A stretch of DNA of 64,000 nucleotides from Planctomycetota bacterium (GTDB lineage: Bacteria > Planctomycetota > Phycisphaerae > Phycisphaerales > SM1A02), in the NCBI GenBank assembly GCA_036336805.1, contig JAYZFJ010000056.1:5014-69013 (forward strand). Reading direction: 5' to 3'. Under the pieces are notes generated by a model. The model was not told the DNA's origin. It saw only the letters and a program-made list of their open reading frames with translations, and did no database searches. Within the stretch, counting starts at the first letter, position 1, and each line of letters starts with the position of its first letter. Positions 37,849 to 46,924 of the stretch are shown in pieces. The position numbers and the translations under genes were made by a program.

Positions 37849-38533
37849 CGTGCTGGGTGATGTCCACGGCCTCGGGGTACTTCAGGAACGTCCGCAGCTG
37901 GATCTGCAGCAGCGCCTGATCGGAGTTCTGGGTCCCGAACGGTTCCTCGGTCGGGATGAACCGGTAGATGAAGTCGATCGAACGCTGATCGGCGACGATC
38001 TCCGTGGCCTCGATCAGCTCCCGGTAGCTGCGCTCCAGCTGGGTGGCCTCCAGCTGGGTGATCCGACCTCGTGCGACCTGGGTGAACTGCTGGTACTCCT
38101 GCATCAGGGCCTGCATGCGTCCCTGGGCTTCGGGGAAGCTGGGGTCGTCCTCACCGATCTCCCCGTACTCCTCCTGGATCGCCATCGCCTGGTCGTTGAA
38201 CTCCTGCTCGAGTTCCTTGAGTTCGTTCTCCATCTCCTGGCGCTCGCCGAGGTAGTCCTCGGTCTGGAGCAGCTTCTTGATGACCGCGTCGATGTGCACC
38301 GCACCGATGCTCCACGCCCGGGAGGTCGGTTGCTCCCCCCAGGCGATGCGACTGTCCTCGTTGCGCACGACCAGCGGAGGCTCTCCGGTGAGTTCGAGCG
38401 AGTCGGCCGGTCCGAGGGTCTCGAACCCTCGGATCATCGCGTCCGCGATCGTGGTCGAGGTGCCGGGCCTCAGCAGAGCGAGGGTCGCGACGGCAAGGGC
38501 CACGATCAGAAGGGTACGGTCAATCATGCGCAT
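37823..38533 (-). CDS. OmpH/Skp-like periplasmic chaperone (coiled-coil)
   Basis: Signal peptide LLIVALAVATLALL, then a Glu/Gln-rich coiled-coil EMENELKELEQEFNDQAMAIQEEY...MQALMQEYQQF. Confidence 0.55.
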   Translation of the reverse strand: MRMIDRTLLIVALAVATLALLRPGTSTTIADAMIRGFETLGPADSLELTGEPPLVVRNEDSRIAWGEQPTSRAWSIGAVHIDAVIKKLLQTEDYLGERQEMENELKELEQEFNDQAMAIQEEYGEIGEDDPSFPEAQGRMQALMQEYQQFTQVARGRITQLEATQLERSYRELIEATEIVADQRSIDFIYRFIPTEEPFGTQNSDQALLQIQLRTFLKYPEAVDITQHVMDELDLE

Positions 38534-38572
38534 GGTCGGTTTCTCCGGTAGAGGCTCGGGGCCTGGTTGGCG

Positions 38573-40375
38573 TCATTCCTGTTCCAGCACGGCCATGAAG
38601 GCTTCCTGCGGGATGTTCACGCTTCCGATGGTCTTCATCCGCTGCTTGCCGGCCTTCTGCTTCTCGAGCAGCTTCCGCTTGCGGGTGATGTCGCCGCCGT
38701 AGCACTTGGCGGTGACGTTCTTTCGCAGTGCCTTCACCGATTCGCGAGCGATGATCTTGCCACCGATCGCGGCCTGCAGTGCGATCTCGAACTGGTGCCG
38801 ATCGATCTGCTTCCGAAGCTTCTTCAGGATCGCTCGGCTGCGGACTTCCGCGGTCAGGCGATGGCAGATCAGGCTGAGCGCCTCGACCGGCTCGCCATTG
38901 ACCATGATCGAGACCTTGACGAGGTTGTCCCGCCGATAGCCGGTGATCTCGTAGTCCATGGTGCCGTAGCCCCGGGTGATCGACTTCAGCTTGTCGTAGA
39001 AGTCGTAGATGATCTCCGCGAGGGGGAGTTCGAAGTCCAGGATCTGCCGCTTCTCGCTCAGGAACTGCTGGCCCTTGAAGATCCCGCGACGACCGTCGCA
39101 GAGTTTCATCAGGTCGCCGATGTTCTCGTTGGGGCAGATCATCTCGAGTTTCACGATCGGCTCGCGAATCCCCTCGATCTTGCTCGGATCGGGCAGGTCC
39201 GCGGGGTTCTGGATCTCGACGCTGGTACCGTCGCGCATGTCGACCATGTAGGAGACGGTCGGTGCGGTCTGCACGATCTCCACATTGCCCTCGCGTTCGA
39301 GACGTTCCTGGACGATGTCCATGTGGAGCAGTCCGAGGAAGCCGCAGCGGAATCCGAAGCCGAGTGCCTCGGAATGCTGGGCCTCGAAGGTGAAGCTGGC
39401 ATCGTTGAGGTGCAGTTTCTCGATCGCCTCGCGGAGGGTCTCGAAATCGCTCTTCTTGCCGCCCTGCACGGAGCTCGAGGGGTAGAAGTCGCAGAAGACC
39501 ATCTGGTTGGGTTCCTCGTACCCGGGCAGCGCCTCCGGAGCGGGGTTGTTCAGCATGGTCACCGTGTCACCCACCCGGACATCCCCGAGCGTCTTGATCG
39601 ATGCGACCATCCATCCGGCCTCGTTGGTCTCGAGGGTCTTCACCTGCACCGGAAACGGCGTGTTCTTTCCGAGGTCGGTCACCGTCCAGTGCCGCCCGGT
39701 TCCCATCATCAGGATCTTCTGGCCCAGTTCCAGCCTGCCGTCGAAGACCCTGGTCGAGACCACCACGCCCCGGTAGTCGTCGTAGTGGCTGTCGAAGATG
39801 AGTGCGCGCAGCTTGTCGGTCTTGGGTTCCGGTGGATCGGGGAATCGTTCGCAGATCGCGTCGAGCAGTTCCTTGATGCCCTGACCGGTCTTCGCCGAGA
39901 CCAGAATGCAGTCCTCCGCGGGCAGGCCGAAGACCTGCTCGATCTCCATCGCGACGCGATCGGGATCCGCGGCGGGAAGGTCGATCTTGTTGATCACCGG
40001 GATCAGTTCCAGGTCGTTCTCCACCGCGAGGTACGCGTTGGCGACGGTCTGGGCCTGGATGCCCTGGGCGGCATCGACCACCAGCACCGCTCCCTCGCAG
40101 GCGGTCAGGGCGCGGGAGACCTCGTAGGTGAAGTCGACGTGCCCCGGGGTGTCGATGAAGTTCAGCTGGTAGGTCTCCTCCTCGAAGTCCCAGGGGACGC
40201 TCACCGCCGCGGCCTTGATCGTGATCCCGCGTTCCCGCTCGAGGTCCATCGAGTCCAGCAGCTGGTCCTTCTGCTTGCGTTCATCGACCGCCCGGGTCTC
40301 CTGCAGCAGACGATCCGCCAAGGTGCTCTTGCCGTGGTCGATGTGGGCGATGATCGAGAAATTACGGATCTTCAC
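38573..40375 (-). CDS. lepA: translation elongation factor 4 (LepA)
   Basis: MKIRNFSIIAHIDHGKSTLADRLL, DTPGHVDF and NKIDL are present, with the LepA-specific C-terminus ...KRKLLEKQKAGKQRMK. Confidence 0.97.
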   Translation of the reverse strand: MKIRNFSIIAHIDHGKSTLADRLLQETRAVDERKQKDQLLDSMDLERERGITIKAAAVSVPWDFEEETYQLNFIDTPGHVDFTYEVSRALTACEGAVLVVDAAQGIQAQTVANAYLAVENDLELIPVINKIDLPAADPDRVAMEIEQVFGLPAEDCILVSAKTGQGIKELLDAICERFPDPPEPKTDKLRALIFDSHYDDYRGVVVSTRVFDGRLELGQKILMMGTGRHWTVTDLGKNTPFPVQVKTLETNEAGWMVASIKTLGDVRVGDTVTMLNNPAPEALPGYEEPNQMVFCDFYPSSSVQGGKKSDFETLREAIEKLHLNDASFTFEAQHSEALGFGFRCGFLGLLHMDIVQERLEREGNVEIVQTAPTVSYMVDMRDGTSVEIQNPADLPDPSKIEGIREPIVKLEMICPNENIGDLMKLCDGRRGIFKGQQFLSEKRQILDFELPLAEIIYDFYDKLKSITRGYGTMDYEITGYRRDNLVKVSIMVNGEPVEALSLICHRLTAEVRSRAILKKLRKQIDRHQFEIALQAAIGGKIIARESVKALRKNVTAKCYGGDITRKRKLLEKQKAGKQRMKTIGSVNIPQEAFMAVLEQE

Positions 40376-40444
40376 GGGCGATTCGATTCCTGTACGGGAC
40401 GTCGGCGGAGTGGGGTCCTGAATGATAGGCGATCACAGCGGGAC

Positions 40445-42001
40445 TCAGGAGCCGACGACCGGAAGTGAGAGCCCTTGTTCGAGTTCTGCGGTGGGTTGAG
40501 CGACGAGGTCGTACCCATCGCTTCCCACGACCGTGCACCGGACCAGCTCCCCCGGGCTGAGCGGTTGCTGGGAAGCCAGGTAGGTCAGGGAATCGATCTG
40601 CGGGGCCTGGTGGTAGGCCCGACCGACGTACAGAAGCGAGTTCTGGCCGCTCACCCCGGGAGTGGCCCGCCCTTCGGTCGCACCCTGGGCGGAGTCGTCG
40701 ACCAGGATGTCCAGCTGGACCTTCTGCTCCGCGAGGTAGGCGGCGTTCTCGAAGGCGATGCGCTGCTGCAGCAGCATCAACTCCTCCTCACGCTGGAGCT
40801 TCACCTCGTCGGGCACGTGCAGTTCGGGGTCCTGGTCCATGCGACCCGCAGGGGTGCCCTTCTCGCGGGAATAGCGGAAGACGCCCATCGCCTCGAACTC
40901 CATGTCCTCGACGAACTCCATCAACTGTCGGTGGTCGTCCTCGGTCTCCCCGGGGAATCCAGTGATGAAGGTGGTCCGGATCGCCATGCCGGGAATCCGC
41001 TCGCGCAGGCGTTCGATCAGCTCCCTCTGTTCCCGGGCGCGCACGTTGCGTCTCATCGCATCAAGCATCGGATCGCTCGCATGCTGCAGCGGGATGTCGA
41101 TGTAGTTGACCACGTTCCTGAGCCGCGCGATCGCGTCGATCATCGCATCATCGAAGAACGTGGGATAGGCGTACATCAGTCGCGCCCAGCCACCTCCGGC
41201 CTCCTCCAGAATCCCATCGACCGACTCAAGCATGCCCACCAGCCCGGGCTCGTACCCGATGTCGTAGCCGAAGCTGGTGGTGTCCTGTCCGATCAGGTTC
41301 AGTTCGAAGCATCCCTCGTTCACCAGGGTGCGCGCTTCCTCGAGGATCCGATCGACGCCCTTGGAACGCATCTTGCCGCGAATCGAGGGGATCGTGCAGA
41401 ACGCACAGGACTGATTGCATCCTTCGGAGACCCGGAGGTAGGCCCAGTGGCGGGGGGTCAGACGCATCCGCTGTCGGTCGTCCTCGAAGTACCCGATCCC
41501 CTTGCCGTCCTTGCCGTGGACGGTCAGCCCGGTGGTCTTCATGCCTCGTTCGCCCGCCGCCTGGAGGGCGTTGCCGGCGATCCAGTACCGCGGCGCATCC
41601 GGGTCCTCGATCGCGTTTTCCCGGGGCGGAGCGCTGCCCCGCACTGCTTCGAGCACGTGGTCGCGGTCGAAGACCCCGATCATCGCGTCGATGCCAGGGG
41701 CCCATTCCAGGAGCTTCGCTCGATGACGCTGCACCAGACAGCCGGCAACCACCACCCGGCGGGGGCCTCCGGCCTGCTTGCGCTCGATCGCTTCGCGGAT
41801 CACGTCGAGCGACTCGTCCTTCGAGGCCTCCATGAACCCGCAGGTGTTCACCACGATCGCGTCGGCCTGGTCGTGATCCGACACCAGCTCGAGTCCGCTC
41901 TGGGCCAGCGTGCCGAGCATCTTCTCGCTGTCCACGAGATTCTTGGGACAGCCGAGACTGACGAACGCCACGGAATGGATGGTGGAGGAAGCCTGGCTCA
42001 T
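40445..42001 (-). CDS. rimO: ribosomal protein S12 methylthiotransferase RimO (radical SAM MTTase)
   Basis: UPF0004 N-terminus VSLGCPKNLVDSEKM...NTCGF, radical-SAM CNQSCAFCTIP, and a C-terminal TRAM-like region. Confidence 0.88.
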   Translation of the reverse strand: MSQASSTIHSVAFVSLGCPKNLVDSEKMLGTLAQSGLELVSDHDQADAIVVNTCGFMEASKDESLDVIREAIERKQAGGPRRVVVAGCLVQRHRAKLLEWAPGIDAMIGVFDRDHVLEAVRGSAPPRENAIEDPDAPRYWIAGNALQAAGERGMKTTGLTVHGKDGKGIGYFEDDRQRMRLTPRHWAYLRVSEGCNQSCAFCTIPSIRGKMRSKGVDRILEEARTLVNEGCFELNLIGQDTTSFGYDIGYEPGLVGMLESVDGILEEAGGGWARLMYAYPTFFDDAMIDAIARLRNVVNYIDIPLQHASDPMLDAMRRNVRAREQRELIERLRERIPGMAIRTTFITGFPGETEDDHRQLMEFVEDMEFEAMGVFRYSREKGTPAGRMDQDPELHVPDEVKLQREEELMLLQQRIAFENAAYLAEQKVQLDILVDDSAQGATEGRATPGVSGQNSLLYVGRAYHQAPQIDSLTYLASQQPLSPGELVRCTVVGSDGYDLVAQPTAELEQGLSLPVVGS

Positions 42002-42663
42002 GCATTGATCCTAGCCGGAGGATCCCCCCAACCGTAGAGTCGATGTTCACGAACGTAGTCTTCGACCTCGGGGGCCAGCAGGGAATTCAGAGACCGGCCC
42101 TCCGCGATCAGGGTTCTGATGTCCGTGGAGCGATCATCGAGCATCGGGAGCTCCAGGGTCCTGGCGAGCCAGAGCCCGGCGCGGTCGGGGTGGAGCCGCT
42201 GGTATTCGGCGCTCAGGGCGTTTCGGGAGTGGGGGGGACGTGGCATCACCACTGGTTCGGCCATCTGCTCGACCTGCTGCCACTCTTTCCAGGTGGTGAA
42301 GTTCAGTGCCTGGTCCGCGCCGATCAGCAATCGAAGCCTGGCGTCCCGGAAAGCAGGTTCCCGGACCAACCTCCGAAGGGTGTCGATCGTCCAGCTGGGT
42401 CCGGGGTGATCGACTTCGATGCGGCTGATCGTGGTGTTGGTGGTTCCCTTGAGTGCAGCCTCCAGCATGCCGATGCGGTGGGCCACCGGCGTCGGCGGGG
42501 TCTCGGTCTTCTGGGGATTGACGTTGGCGGGAATGAAGACCACCCGATCGGCACCGATCGACTCCGCGGCCGCCAGCGGCAGGGTGGTGTGTGCTCGGTG
42601 GGGCGGATCGAAGGTCCCCCCGAAGAGCAGCACCGTCTCGGAGTGTGCCTCGGGTGTCTTCAT
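41998..42663 (-). CDS. nadD: nicotinate-nucleotide adenylyltransferase
   Basis: Internal ATG at 42663. LLFGGTFDPPHRAH is the (H/T)xGH motif, followed by PANVNPQK. The stop overlaps the rimO start by 4 nt. Confidence 0.9.
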   Translation of the reverse strand: MKTPEAHSETVLLFGGTFDPPHRAHTTLPLAAAESIGADRVVFIPANVNPQKTETPPTPVAHRIGMLEAALKGTTNTTISRIEVDHPGPSWTIDTLRRLVREPAFRDARLRLLIGADQALNFTTWKEWQQVEQMAEPVVMPRPPHSRNALSAEYQRLHPDRAGLWLARTLELPMLDDRSTDIRTLIAEGRSLNSLLAPEVEDYVREHRLYGWGDPPARINA

Positions 42664-43325
42664 CCCACGGGTCCTCTCGACAGCGCCTCCGAGAGCACCG
42701 CACCCAGTCGGTTCATCGCGGTGTTCGTGACCCGGTTCATCTCGCGCAGGCGACCGACCAGCGAGGGGCTTCGCAGCACACTGCCCGCAATCGCCCCGAT
42801 CGAGACCCGACCGCGATGGTCCACCCATCGGTCGCACCCCGGTGGCAGCGTGTCGTCCAGGCCGTCGCTGATCGCGCGGAGAATTCCGAACGTCCACCCC
42901 AGTTCGATGCCCTTTGCCACGAAGGTCAGGGACTCCATGTCGACGATCGAGGCGTTCAGGGTCGCATGGAGGGCACGCTTCGCGGGTCGGGAATTCACCA
43001 GTCGGGTACTGGACGTGCCGTCCACCCGAGGAACGCCCAGCGCATCCGGCAACCGCCAGCGGGTCTCGGTCCGGGGAACGCTGGGGCTCACCACCGCCTC
43101 GACCTCCACCACGTCTCCCGGGACGTGGTCCGCCACCAGGCTTCCCGCCAGCCCCGCGAGAATCACGGGTCGGTCGAGCCGACGATGCGCCCCGGCCCAC
43201 CGGGCGACACCCTCCCGGCCGGGTCCGCAGCATTCCACCAGCACCTCATCGGGCAGGCTGGAGCCCGAGAGGGCCTTGCGCTCCACCTCGAGGGCGCACA
43301 GGATGATTGGCGGTGGTTGGCTCAT
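42660..43325 (-). CDS. nucleoside phosphorylase-family protein (PNP_UDP_1; MTA/SAH nucleosidase or HpnG-like)
   Basis: IILCALEVERKAL...ILAGLAGSL...VDMESLTF...ILRAISD shows the pattern of this fold. The stop overlaps the nadD start by 4 nt. Confidence 0.65.
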   Translation of the reverse strand: MSQPPPIILCALEVERKALSGSSLPDEVLVECCGPGREGVARWAGAHRRLDRPVILAGLAGSLVADHVPGDVVEVEAVVSPSVPRTETRWRLPDALGVPRVDGTSSTRLVNSRPAKRALHATLNASIVDMESLTFVAKGIELGWTFGILRAISDGLDDTLPPGCDRWVDHRGRVSIGAIAGSVLRSPSLVGRLREMNRVTNTAMNRLGAVLSEALSRGPVG

Positions 43326-43401
43326 CGCGGAAGCGTAGCAGGATGGAGAGTGGGTGCGGGGTCCTTGCCCCCAGCGAACTCCGCGATAAGATAGGTCTGA
43401 C

Positions 43402-43476
43402 GGCCCCATCGTCTAGTCAGGTCCAGGACACCAGGTTTTCATCCTGGGAACAGGGGTTCGAATCCCCTTGGGGTCA
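43402..43476 (+). tRNA. tRNA-Glu (anticodon UUC)
   Basis: GGCCCCATCGTCTAGTCAGGTCCAGGACACCAGGTTTTCATCCTGGGAACAGGGGTTCGAATCCCCTTGGGGTCA folds into a cloverleaf by hand. The anticodon loop is TTTTCAT. CCA is not encoded. Confidence 0.92.
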
Positions 43477-43480
43477 TGCA

Positions 43481-43519
43481 GGGCGCGGTTCCTTCACCGG
43501 AACCGCGCCCGATTTTTTT
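43481..43519 (+). terminator. rho-independent terminator after tRNA-Glu
   Basis: Perfect 12-bp stem gggcgcggttcc / ggaaccgcgccc with loop ttcacc, followed by gaTTTTTTT. Confidence 0.8.
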
Positions 43520-43560
43520 CACTCCAATCCCTGGAAACCGTGCACATCCAGGAGTCGCAC

Positions 43561-44304
43561 GTGGCTCGAATCCCGGTCATTTCAAGCCTCCTCCTCGGCC
43601 TGCTCGCTTCGGTCGCCCTCGCCCTTCCGCCCCTGGATGCGACCAGCCGGGCGATTCTCACCACCGCGGTGGATGATCGCGACCACCAGGAAGCCGCCTT
43701 CTCGGTGCTGGTCGAGGAGCTGCTGCGACGAGCGGGCGAACCAGCCGGGTCCACCGGCTCCCTCCTCCCGGCGGAGACCTGGGCGATTCTGGTGGAGTCT
43801 CCGGATGACCATCGCGGCATCCCGCTGGTCCTCGAGGGTCGAGTGGAGCAGCGCACCGAGCTTGCGCGGCCCTGGGACACCATGTGCGAACTGTTCGTTC
43901 GTCTGCCGGACGAACGCGTGGTGGCGGTCTTCGTCCCGGCGAGCGACGAGGGTTCGCCCGGCGATCGGGCCCGCTTCGAGGGTCGCTTCTACAAGCGGCT
44001 CTCCGCGGTCGCTCGCGACGGCATGCTCCGTCGCTATCCCGCCGTCGTGGCGCGACGGGTTCCCGCCGCGTCGCGGCAACCGATGGCGTACGCACTGCCC
44101 GCGCTGCTCCTCGGGCTCGGGTTCTGCTGGATCGTGCTCAGGCGTCTGGCGGGGGCATCACGCACTCGGCGCCGGATGCCCGCCGGGCCGCGGGTGGTGG
44201 GGGGAAGTTCCCCCAATGACCCCGAACTTCCGGACGAACCCGCCAGGGCACTCGACGTACTTCGCTCCAGACACGATCATCCTGACAAGGGAGGTGCCTC
44301 GTGA
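43561..44304 (+). CDS. hypothetical exported/membrane protein
   Basis: GTG 43561 has AGGAG 6 nt upstream. It has the signal peptide ARIPVISSLLLGLLASVALALP and a C-terminal TM LPALLLGLGFCWIVL. The track start (43468) lies inside the tRNA and was rejected. Confidence 0.5.
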   Translation: MARIPVISSLLLGLLASVALALPPLDATSRAILTTAVDDRDHQEAAFSVLVEELLRRAGEPAGSTGSLLPAETWAILVESPDDHRGIPLVLEGRVEQRTELARPWDTMCELFVRLPDERVVAVFVPASDEGSPGDRARFEGRFYKRLSAVARDGMLRRYPAVVARRVPAASRQPMAYALPALLLGLGFCWIVLRRLAGASRTRRRMPAGPRVVGGSSPNDPELPDEPARALDVLRSRHDHPDKGGAS

Positions 44305-45431
44305 GCACCATCGATGTACGACTTGAGGATCGCTCCTACCAGGTCTCCGTGGAGGCCGGCATTCGTTCGCGCTGTGGTGCCATGCTGAGGGCGCTGGTCG
44401 GCGATGCTCCCGGGCGCAGGGTCCTGCTGATCGCGGACGAAGCGGTCTCGGAGACCTTCGCGGAAGACGTTGCCGCCTCTCTGGAAGAGGCGGGGTTCGG
44501 CCTTGCGTTCGGAACCGTCGAGGCACACGAGACCAACAAGTCACTTCCCGCGCTCTCCGCACTTCTGGAGGCGGCGGCACGGGAACACATCGATCGATCG
44601 AGCGTGGTGGTTTCGGTGGGTGGGGGCATCGTCGGCGACCTCGCGGGATTCGTCGCCGCCAGCTGGTTGCGGGGCATCGCCCTCGTCCACGTGCCGACGA
44701 CCCTGCTCGCAATGGTGGACGCCGCGATCGGGGGCAAGACCGGAGTGAACCTGCCACTGCCCGACGGAACCCTCGGGAAGAACCTGGTGGGCGCCTTCTG
44801 GCAGCCGCTCGCAGTGCTGAGTGATCCGGAAGTGCTTGCGAGCCTGCCTCGCCGCGAACTGGCCTGCGGACTCGCCGAGTGCATCAAGCACGGACTGATC
44901 GCCGATTGGGCGCTGCTCGATGAACTGGCCGCGCTCGCACCCTCGATCCTGGCCGGGGAGGTCTCGGCCTGCGAAGACCTGGTTCGGCGCAGTGCCGCGG
45001 TCAAGGCGGGGATCGTCGGCCTCGATGAACGTGAGCAGGCGGGCGGCGAGGCGACGTCCGCTCGGGCATTCCTCAATCTCGGGCACACCTTCGGGCATGC
45101 GATCGAGACGGTGCCCGAGCTCGGTCTCAAGCACGGCGAAGCGGTCGCGATCGGCCTGGTCGCGGCCGGTGCCTGTGCGCGCGCTCTCGGAAGCTGGTCC
45201 GAGGAGGAATCCCGTCACCTCGAGGCGACGCTCGAAGCATGCGAACTGCCCACTCGGCTGTCCGCGAAATGCAGCGTCGGCGAATTGATCGAGCGCATGG
45301 GCTGGGACAAGAAGGTCCGAAACGGCACTCTGACGATCGTGGTGCCCGACGGGCGTGGCTCGGTCAGGCTTCATCCGGATCCGACCCCCGAGCTTCTGGC
45401 CGAGGCCTGGCACGCCGTGGGCGCCGACTGA
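44301..45431 (+). CDS. aroB: 3-dehydroquinate synthase
   Basis: VSVGGGIVGDLAGFVAASWLRGIALVHVPTTLLAMVDAAIGGKTGVN and GKNLVGAFWQP are present, together with the metal ligands ...HGLI...HTFGHAIE. Confidence 0.93.
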   Translation: MSTIDVRLEDRSYQVSVEAGIRSRCGAMLRALVGDAPGRRVLLIADEAVSETFAEDVAASLEEAGFGLAFGTVEAHETNKSLPALSALLEAAAREHIDRSSVVVSVGGGIVGDLAGFVAASWLRGIALVHVPTTLLAMVDAAIGGKTGVNLPLPDGTLGKNLVGAFWQPLAVLSDPEVLASLPRRELACGLAECIKHGLIADWALLDELAALAPSILAGEVSACEDLVRRSAAVKAGIVGLDEREQAGGEATSARAFLNLGHTFGHAIETVPELGLKHGEAVAIGLVAAGACARALGSWSEEESRHLEATLEACELPTRLSAKCSVGELIERMGWDKKVRNGTLTIVVPDGRGSVRLHPDPTPELLAEAWHAVGAD

Positions 45432-45495
45432 CCGAAGGCGGATATTGCAGACGATCCTCCGGGTGTTCCGATAAGAGGACTCTGGAGGTTCCGTC

Positions 45496-46890
45496 GTGCG
45501 GACGATCGCGTTGGTCAATCAGAAGGGTGGCTGTGGCAAGACGACCACGGCGATCAATCTCAGCGCTGAATTCGCCCATCGCTCATTGCGAGTGCTGCTG
45601 ATCGATCTCGATCCTCAGGGACACTGCGCCGCGGGGCTCGGGGTACCGGAGGGTTCCATCACCCGGGGCATCGAGGACGCCCTCGAGGCGAACCTCACCT
45701 ACGAGCCGGACCTGGTGGACGAGATGATCTGGGAGGTCGGCAGCGGTCTGAACCTGATCCCGAGCACCGTCCGCCTCACCAATTTCGAGAGCGCCGACCA
45801 CGAGCACGCGGAGGATCATGACCGGGATCGCCGACTGCTGCGGGTGCTGGAGCTGGTCGAGGATCGCTTCGATGTCTGCATCGTCGACTGTCCGCCTGCG
45901 ATTGGCTGGTTGACCTTCAACGCCCTGCGCGCCGCCGATGAGACCCTGATTCCGGTCGAGACCGGCTACTTCGCCCTCAAGGGTGCGGTGCGCCAGGCGA
46001 AGACGATCGACACCGTCGTGAAGCGCATCGGCCGTCCTCTGGACTTCTTCCTCCTGCCGACCATGCACAACGAGCGCTCCGCCCGTTCGGAGAACATCCT
46101 CTCCGCGATGCAGAGCCGCTTCGGCGACCAGATGGCACCACGCGTGATCCGGGAACACGAAGCGCTGAGGGAAGCGGCCAGCATGGGCCAGCCGATCCAG
46201 CAGTTCGCGCCCGATTCCGCGGCGGCGGAGGACTTCGCGGGGCTTGCGGAATGGATTCTCGGCCACCAGCAGACGACCGTCGCCACCGAGCAGGCTCGGT
46301 TGCGTCTGGAATCGGCTGATGCGGCCACCCTTCGCGAGGAGGATCCTCGCCCCGCATCGCAGGAGCCCGCCCCGGCCTCGATCAAGGAATCCCAACCCTC
46401 GACCCCCGTCCCCGAGCGAAACGAGCGGGTGCAGGCGGTGCTCCAGCGGGTGGGCCGGACCGAGGGCACCGCGGACAAGGGTGTGGTGTTCGACGTCCAG
46501 CGGCTCCCCGAAGGCGTGCTGGACCGAGTGCGTTCCGGTTCGAAGGGCCTCCAGTCCCTGGTCGTCGACCCCTACGAGGCCAGTGTGGATTCTGCCGGTG
46601 GAGGTCCTCGTTTCGGCGTGTTTCCCACGGCGAAGGGCGCGTGTTTTCGTCAACCCGCTTCCCTGGGAACCCGTCTGGCGATCACCGGTGAGTTCAACCA
46701 GTGGGATGCCGATGGGGAGGCGATGACCTGCACTGCCGACGGCGTGCATGAGGTCATCCTGCCACTTGCCCCCGGAACCTATCGCTACCGCCTTATCGTT
46801 GACGGCGCTCCGACCGCGGATCCCCACGGTCAGGCCTCGGTGGAGGGCGACGCGACCACCTGCGTGTTCGAGATACCCGCCTCCTCCTGA
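45496..46890 (+). CDS. ParA/Soj-family ATPase fused to a C-terminal CBM48 / AMPK-beta glycogen-binding-like domain
   Basis: GTG start with GGAGG 7 nt upstream. The deviant Walker A is NQKGGCGKTT, with LLIDLDPQG and VDCPP. A ~115-aa low-complexity linker follows. The C-terminus then reads LAITGEFNQWDADGEAMT...GVHEVILPLAPGTYRYRLIVDGAPTADP (about nt 46609-46884). Confidence 0.85.
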   Translation: MRTIALVNQKGGCGKTTTAINLSAEFAHRSLRVLLIDLDPQGHCAAGLGVPEGSITRGIEDALEANLTYEPDLVDEMIWEVGSGLNLIPSTVRLTNFESADHEHAEDHDRDRRLLRVLELVEDRFDVCIVDCPPAIGWLTFNALRAADETLIPVETGYFALKGAVRQAKTIDTVVKRIGRPLDFFLLPTMHNERSARSENILSAMQSRFGDQMAPRVIREHEALREAASMGQPIQQFAPDSAAAEDFAGLAEWILGHQQTTVATEQARLRLESADAATLREEDPRPASQEPAPASIKESQPSTPVPERNERVQAVLQRVGRTEGTADKGVVFDVQRLPEGVLDRVRSGSKGLQSLVVDPYEASVDSAGGGPRFGVFPTAKGACFRQPASLGTRLAITGEFNQWDADGEAMTCTADGVHEVILPLAPGTYRYRLIVDGAPTADPHGQASVEGDATTCVFEIPASS

Positions 46891-46924
46891 CCCTTCGATC
46901 ACCCCAGCCAGCTGGACCCCGGCC